From the human T2T-CHM13v2.0 reference genome, Homo sapiens, in the NCBI RefSeq assembly GCF_009914755.1, contig NC_060934.1: a stretch of DNA of 64,000 nt. The stretch is one strand, 5' to 3'. Positions 50,651 through 64,000 of the stretch are shown piece by piece. A model generated the notes under the pieces. That model had not been told where the DNA came from. It did no database searches and saw nothing but the letters and a program-made list of their open reading frames with translations. The number at the start of each line of letters is the position of its first letter. The stretch's first letter is position 1. A program made the translations under genes and the position numbers.

Positions 50651-51210
50651 TAAAAGCAGATTTTTTAAAATCTACCCATTTGCACACTGACCAAAAGCAG
50701 GTTCTTTTAAAAATACCTTTTGTATGAATTTAAGAGAATCTCTAATTCATATAATTATTAACTAACAATCAAATCTGTTATTACCGGAACAGCTACTACT
50801 GCTTGATTGAGTTTAATAGGAATCAGTCAACTGATGATCCTCTGTACAAATACCTCTCTTCTAGCTATTTTGAAATATATAACTAGTATATTTAGCATAT
50901 ACTAGTTGGCTAATTATTATAGATATAATTGTAGGGTTTTGTCTTATTAGTTGTCAGTCAACCAAGGAAGAAAAAGTAAGAGTCTTTTACAAAAAGCCTA
51001 TGGGAGTGGGTAGGATGAAGCTGAACTTTCTTTTTTTGAACACAGCCGATATAGAGCTCCATAAGAAACATGTTTGCCTGTATCAGTTACCAATTAGTTG
51101 CCATCCAGATGAATACACAATGTGATACATTTGTTACATTTTAGCAATATGGTTTTTGTGAAGCCAGTATGTATCTTAAACATTAAGAAAGGCATTATTC
51201 ATTTATTAAT

Positions 51211-51570
51211 TGATACGGTTTGGCTGTGTCCCCACCCAAATCTCATCTTGAACTGTAGCTCCCATAATCCCTGAGTGTCATGGGAGGGATCTGGTGGGAG
51301 GTAATTGAATCATAGGGGCAGGTTTTTCCCCATGCTGTTCTCATGAGGAAGTCTCATGAGATCTGGTGGTTTTATAAAGGGCAGTTCCCCTGCACACACC
51401 CTCTTGCCTACTGCCATATAAGACGTATACTTGCTCTTCATTCACTTTCTACCATGATTGTGAGGCCTCCCCAGCCAATTGGAAATGTGAGTCTATGAAA
51501 TCTCTTTCCTTTATAAATTACCCGATCTCGGGTATGTCTTTATTAGCAGCATGAGAACCAGACAAACACA
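51211..51570 (+). mobile_element. THE1 solo LTR
   Basis: TGATACGGTTTGGCTGTGTCCCCACCCAAATCTCATCTTGAA start. Confidence 0.85.
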
Positions 51571-52019
51571 TCCATTCAACAAATATTTATGTGCTGAGGT
51601 ATTAGGTGAAGTTGGAGATGTGGGCAGGGGCCAGGTTCTGTAGGGTCCTATAGGTCATGACAAGGAGTTTGGACATTATTGTTATCAAACTTGGTGAAGT
51701 GTCTTAAATAAACAAATAAAACATTTGTTTTGCTGTCTAAAAATATCACCGTGCTGGGCCAGGAATATGCTGCAGTAAGGCAAGAGTTAAGGGGTTATTG
51801 CAATAGTCAGGGCAAGAAAGAATGGTGGCTTGAATCAGGGTAAATGTGGTGGCAAGGGAGAAAAGTCAGCAGGTTCAGGTTGTGTAGGTTGAGAAACTAG
51901 CAGCTGAGTGAACAGAGAACCTGAACTCCATCTGATACCTACATGTGTTTTTCTTAGATGAAAGACAATGTTATAATGACTGCTAAGGTAGAGAACACAC
52001 ATTTATATACCCCTTTTAA

Positions 52020-52280
52020 AAACTGTTACTTTATAACGTTTGTACATATTTATGGGGTGCATGTGATATTTTGTTACATGCGTAGATTGTGTAATGACTA
52101 AGTCAGGGTATTTGTGGTGTTCATCGATGATAAATACTTTGAGTATTTATCAGTTCTATGTGTTGGGAACATTTCAAGTCCTCTCTTCTAGCTATTTTGA
52201 AATATGTAATACATTGTTGTTAACTACAGTCACGCTACTCTGCTACTGAACACTAGAACTTATTCCTTCCACCTAACTGC
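52020..52280 (-). mobile_element. L1MA 3' end
   Basis: GTACATATTTATGGGGT.CATGTGATATTTTGTTACATG. Confidence 0.75.
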
Positions 52281-52770
52281 ATTTACCTTTTTAAAAATGT
52301 TTACCTGAAATTTTGGAAATGGTCTACAAATCAGTGCCATTTCATCCATTCTATAGTGAAATTACTGAACAGAGGAATACTATTGGATATGCAAGACAGA
52401 TAAGAGAATGTATAGACCTATTGAATATTAAGCAAAGGTACCCTGACATAACTTTATTAAGTTCCAAGTGAGTAATTTTCAATGTATAGCACAAGGAAAA
52501 GCTTTCCCTGTGTTGAATGATCTAATTGTTGGGAAGAATACAGCTCCTATGTCCCTGGAGTCAATTTTCTACTGCACGGAGATGCACCGAGCAAGGAGGT
52601 TGCACAGGGTATGAAATCTCCAGGAACAAATGAAGCTGAGATCGCCTAAGCAGCAGTCCTATATTCCAGAGATACCACTGAATGATTTATGATTCTGATA
52701 TAAGAAATCTGAAAAGTCAATTTGGTTGAGGAGGTTTTTGATTTGGAAGCTTCAAGAGATGATTTAATGA

Positions 52771-55580
<2,810 letters not shown>

Positions 55581-55899
55581 TCCACTGGCTTCTTATACAC
55601 TATTTCCAAACTTTGGTTCTTGGTCCAAATATCAAAATTTTGGAGGGAAAAGGAGGCAGTTAGGTATCTCTAAATTCTGATTCCTAGGCTTGTCCTGCTG
55701 TGATCTTTAATCAGTAGATTTGGGGTGGGGCCTGAGCATCTGCATAGTTTAAGTTTCTCAGGATATTCTGTTGTGCATCATGCTTTGGGAACCCTTAGAC
55801 TCTACCCCAGAGCAAGACAGCTGGGTTGGTATTAAGATACCTTGGGAAAGAATGTGTCCATTCAGAACAGGACTGGTTCCTGGAGAAATACAGGGGATG

Positions 55900-56427
55900 A
55901 TTGAGAGTGACAGGAGGCAGCCAGATGCCTAAGCAGTTAGGGGCAGGTCCCCAGTAAAACTTTACTTCCAAGCTGAAGACAATTTGAAACCTGAAAGCCA
56001 AGCTACAGGTTAAATCCTCAAACTGGGATTGACAACTTGTCTTCCCATTTGGTGTGCTTTCTTCTAATTGACCCCACCCTTCACCTATTTTACACATATC
56101 TACCCTTTCCTAATTGGTTTTCTACACCGTCGTGCCCACCTTTGGGTGGTGTCTTCGCTTCAACCTTTTTTGCATATGCACAAACCCATCAGCATGCACT
56201 CCCCATGCTGAGTCCTTAAAAGACCCCCAACCTAGGCACACAGCAGGAACTTTTCGCACCTTTGGGTAGGGGAACCACGTCCCTCCCACCCCCAATGTCC
56301 CCTCTCTGCTGAGAATTTTCCTTTCGCTTAATAAATTCTACTCCACTCACTCTCCAGTGTCCACATGTCTAATTCTTCTGACAAGAACTTGAACTTCGCT
56401 GAGCTAAGGAGCAGAAAGACCGCAACA
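55900..56427 (+). mobile_element. ERV1 LTR (LTR9/MER61-like)
   Basis: GTGACAGGAGGCAGCCAGATGCCTAAGCAG start, internal AATAAA, ends ...GCAACA. Confidence 0.6.
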
Positions 56428-56713
56428 AAATGAGAACCCTCAAGTGAGCGAAGAGCCCCAGGGCCCCTGCTCATTCATTCTGGCTTCTCGGATTCCAGAC
56501 CTGGTGCCTCAGCTGCCGGCAGCAGCCAGCTCAGGGAAAGGAACCCGGCCACACAAAAAATCACTAGGCTCTTCTTCCAGGCGGGCCTAAGAAGCCACTT
56601 CTATAGGTGACCTCTTTATACCAGGGAGGCACCCAGCAGGCTTGTCATCCTGTTTGTGTTGGCCTCTGTCTGAATTGCAGCTCCTGCAATTGACTGTGAT
56701 CTCTGTCACATCC

Positions 56714-57423
<710 letters not shown>

Positions 57424-57879
57424 CCTCCCTTCTTGCATCTCTCATTGCCCCACACAGGCAAGGAGAGCCTCTCTCCCATGGGCTTTAGCCTTTCCTGTGG
57501 CCTCCAGAGCTTCTGTTCTGTAATCAGTGTGTCCTCTTCAGCCTCAAACTATCCCGTATTGTTTCTCTCTCCTCCTCGACTCAACTTGGGACTCTCTCAA
57601 ATGGGACTATTTATTTCCTTTTTCCCCAAATGCCTCAAAGTCAGGATAAGAGGGGCAGTGTCTTTTGTGGTCACCCCTAAAACATTTTCAAGGTCACGAG
57701 TCTACTGTGGAAACAATTAAATTCATCTTTCTTATGGTGCTTACTTAGCAGCCCAACTCCTGACTGTTTTTAGAAAACTGCAGGGTTCACCTATAACATA
57801 TCCTTCTCTGGGGCCTCTTGTTTCCTTGATGGGGCGAATGATGTTGTGTGTGTCTGAGCATACTCAGTGTTCCTAGTAT

Positions 57880-59336
<1,457 letters not shown>

Positions 59337-59449
59337 ATATGTCCAATGTGAGAATGAAGGTGGCCAGAGGCAGAGGTGATTATTAGGCCAGGTTGAATGA
59401 GCAGTGCTGAAAATGCACAGCAGGGTAAGGGGAAGCCTGACAGAAACAT

Positions 59450-60677
59450 TTCTTTTTCTTTTCTTTTTTGAGACAGGGTCTCGCTTTGTTGCCCAGGCTG
59501 GAGTGCAGTGGCGCAGTCATGGCTCACTGAAGCCTCAAATTCCCAGGCTCAATCTATCGTCCCATCTCAGCCTCCCCAGTAGCTGAGACTTCAGACACAC
59601 ACCACTACACCCAGCTAATTTTTGTATTTTTTGTAGAGATGAGGTTTTGCCATGTTTCCCAGGCTAAAACTTAACTTTTCCTCCCCTCCCCGCCTCCCTC
59701 CCTCCCTCCTTTCTTTCCTTCCTTCCTTCCTTCCTTCCTTCCTCTCCTGCTTTCTTGTCTCTCTCTGCCACTAAGGCTGAAGTATACTGTTGTGATGTTA
59801 GCTCACTGTAGCCTTGAACTCCTGGGCTCAAGCGATCTTCCAGCCTCCTGAGAAGCTGGGACTATAAGCAGACACCATCATGCCCAACTAATTTTTTTTT
59901 TTTTTGAGATAGAGTTTCACTCTTATTGCCCAGGCTGGAGTGCAGTGGTGCAGTCTTGGCTCACAGAAACCTCTGCCTCCTGGGTTCAAGTGATTATCTT
60001 GCCTGAGCTTCCCAAGTAGCTGGGATTATAGGCACCCGCTACATGCCCGGCTAATTTTTGTATTTTTAGTAGAGATGGGGTTTCACCATGTTGCCCAGGC
60101 TGGTCTTGAACTCCTGACCTCAGGTGATCTGCCTGCCTCGGCCTCCCAAAGTGCTAAGATTATAGGTGTGAGCCACCATACCCGGCCCCAACTAATTTTT
60201 TAATTTTTAAAATTCTTTTAGAAATAGGGTGTCACAGTGTTGCCCAGGCTGGTCTCAAACTCCTGGGTTCAAGTGATCCTCCTGCCTCAGTTTCCCAAAG
60301 TGTTGGGATTACAGGTGTAAGCTACCATGCTTGGCCCCAAAACATTTATTAGGGGCCATTTTAATCAAGAAATAAGCTGGCTGGTGCTATGGCTCATGCC
60401 CATAATCCCAGCACTTCGGAAGGCTGAGTTGGGAGGATTGCTTGAGGCCAGGAGTTTGAGACCAGCCTGAGAAACATAGTGAAACCCCCATCTCTATAAA
60501 AAAATGAAAGTTTAGCCAGATGTGGTGGTGCATACCTGTAGTTCCAGTTACTCGGGAGGCTGAGGCAGGAGGATCCCTTGGGCCCAGGAGTTTGAGGCTG
60601 CAGTAAACTATAATCACATCACTGCACTAGTCTGGGCAACAGAGTAAGACTCTGTTTCCAAAAAAAAAAAAAAAAAA
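59450..60677. mobile_element. Alu cluster (minus copies 59450-60337 including a nested AluS; plus-strand AluJ 60377-60677)
   Basis: Alu consensus matches. Confidence 0.85.
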
Positions 60678-60774
60678 GCAAGCATTAATACCTCATATGC
60701 AGCTTCTGACTTGCCATAAAATGTACACATCATGTCGTGAAAGAAGTTATGTTTTTAGATATAGAGCAATTCTC

Positions 60775-62530
<1,756 letters not shown>

Positions 62531-62819
62531 AGGTGCATGGCTGATTCCTCAAAACATCACTGTTGGCTTCAATTAAAAGAGAGCATATTAATTAAGATAG
62601 AGAGAAAGTAGGTTTTATAACCAACTTTTCATCTCCCTCCACTCCCATAATAATTCAGGAAAAATTGAGTAACTTATTAAAATCTCTGAATATGCTTTAT
62701 CACCTATGAGGGGGCTTCAATGACCAGAGGCGTTTGTTCCTTGAATGTTTCACATTTCAAAATTTATGTCTGTTCGATGGCAATTTGGGGAAAATTTGTC
62801 TTTTATTTTTTATTAAAAA

Positions 62820-63115
62820 AATTTCTTTTGAGACAAGGTCTCAATCTGTTGCCCAGGCTGGAGTGTAGTGGTGTAATCATGACTCACTGCAGCCTTAACC
62901 TCCTGGGCTCAAGGGATTCTCTTGCCTCAGCCTCCTGAATAACTGGGACTACAGGCATGTACCACCATGCCCAGCTAATTTTTTAAATTTACTTTTTTTT
63001 TTTGTACAGATGGGGGTCTCACTTTGTTGTCCACGCTGGTCTCAAACTCGTGGCCTCAAGCAACCCTCCTACCTGAGCCTCCCAAACTGCTGGGATTATA
63101 CGCATGAGCTTGGCC
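62820..63115 (-). mobile_element. AluJ
   Basis: Reverse Alu dimer. Confidence 0.85.
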
Positions 63116-64000
63116 TAGACAAATTGTCTTTTAAACATGGTAAACATGTTAATAGGTATTTTTAATTTATTGATTATCTATCATCTTGTGACGGAAAGTT
63201 TCCTAATAATTTTAAAATAAGGAAAAATGTTTGGCATTGAGTGTTGTAATTTAGGAAGTAGCCTAAGATATGGTCACCAAGTTTAATTTAAGTAGTAAAA
63301 TATTTTGGGGGTATGTACACATGGCAGCACTTAGTGAAAATTGCAGATAGTGAAAGATACTTTTTGAAATTTGTTCAATAAGTTACTCGTGAATTATTCG
63401 ATTTTCTGGAGACCAAGGGTGTTTTCTCAGGTTGGTCAAGTTCTCATTCCCTAGGTGTAGCTTGACCTCCTGGCCACATGCTCTTAAAACCATTGGCAGG
63501 GATCACCTGCAGGATTTAAATAGTTTCCTCTCCCTCTTCCCTCTCCCTTTCCTCTTTCCCTTCCTCACCTCTCTGCATTTTTGTCCCTCTCTTCCTGGTT
63601 TTACTTTCATGCCAAAGGCTTACAGTTAAATTCCCTTGAGTTACATTTGCAAAATTAATTTGTGTATCATCCAACTCCACAGTATTTGGCAAGTCATGGT
63701 ATTTTGGCTTCTATCTTCATTTCACTTGCATTAAAACAGATTAAAACAATCCAAGGAATACAGAGTGTAGCATTAAGATAAATGCATGCTACACGGTTGG
63801 GAGTTCGTTACGTGCATATTTTTGCAAATAAATCTGACCTTAAAAGGTAATTGCTTTAGGACCTTGAAAAAATCAAGGATGAAGGATTTCTCTTAAGCAG
63901 CATACTTTTGATTCTCCAGGGTTAGCAAAGAGAAGAGCTTTCAGAACACCAAAGTCAATGATAAGTCAAAGAGTTTAGCTACATTCTCCTTTGTTTTCTA

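Overview
Primate (very likely human) genomic DNA containing one protein-coding gene: the intronless OTU deubiquitinase OTUD1 (+ strand, CDS 23590-25035, 481 aa). It sits in a CpG island, has an AT-rich 3'UTR of about 1.3-1.5 kb, and ends at tandem AATAAA signals. The rest of the window is repeat-dense intergenic sequence: dozens of Alus (many nested, with visible target-site duplications), L1/L2/MIR fragments, hAT DNA transposons, and a dense nested cluster of ERV LTRs at 37.5-45.3 kb and 55.9-59.3 kb. That cluster includes an intact solo LTR7 (HERV-H) and a MER41 LTR retaining two GAS motifs. All other ORFs in the track are Alu, LTR, simple-repeat or GC-rich artefacts. I see no wholly new genetic system. 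The best leads are regulatory hypotheses: (1) a TATA box placed so that transcription would start on the first ATG, favouring a strong-Kozak Met72 isoform lacking the KEAP1-binding ETGE motif; (2) a CLEAR/CRE/FOXO promoter module; (3) TE- or microsatellite-derived enhancers (MER41 GAS pair, LTR7, (GGAA)16, Z-DNA tract); (4) small orphan or templated insertions and palindrome clusters. Repeat family names come from recalled consensus sequences and were not verified with RepeatMasker; repeat boundaries are approximate unless a TSD is quoted.
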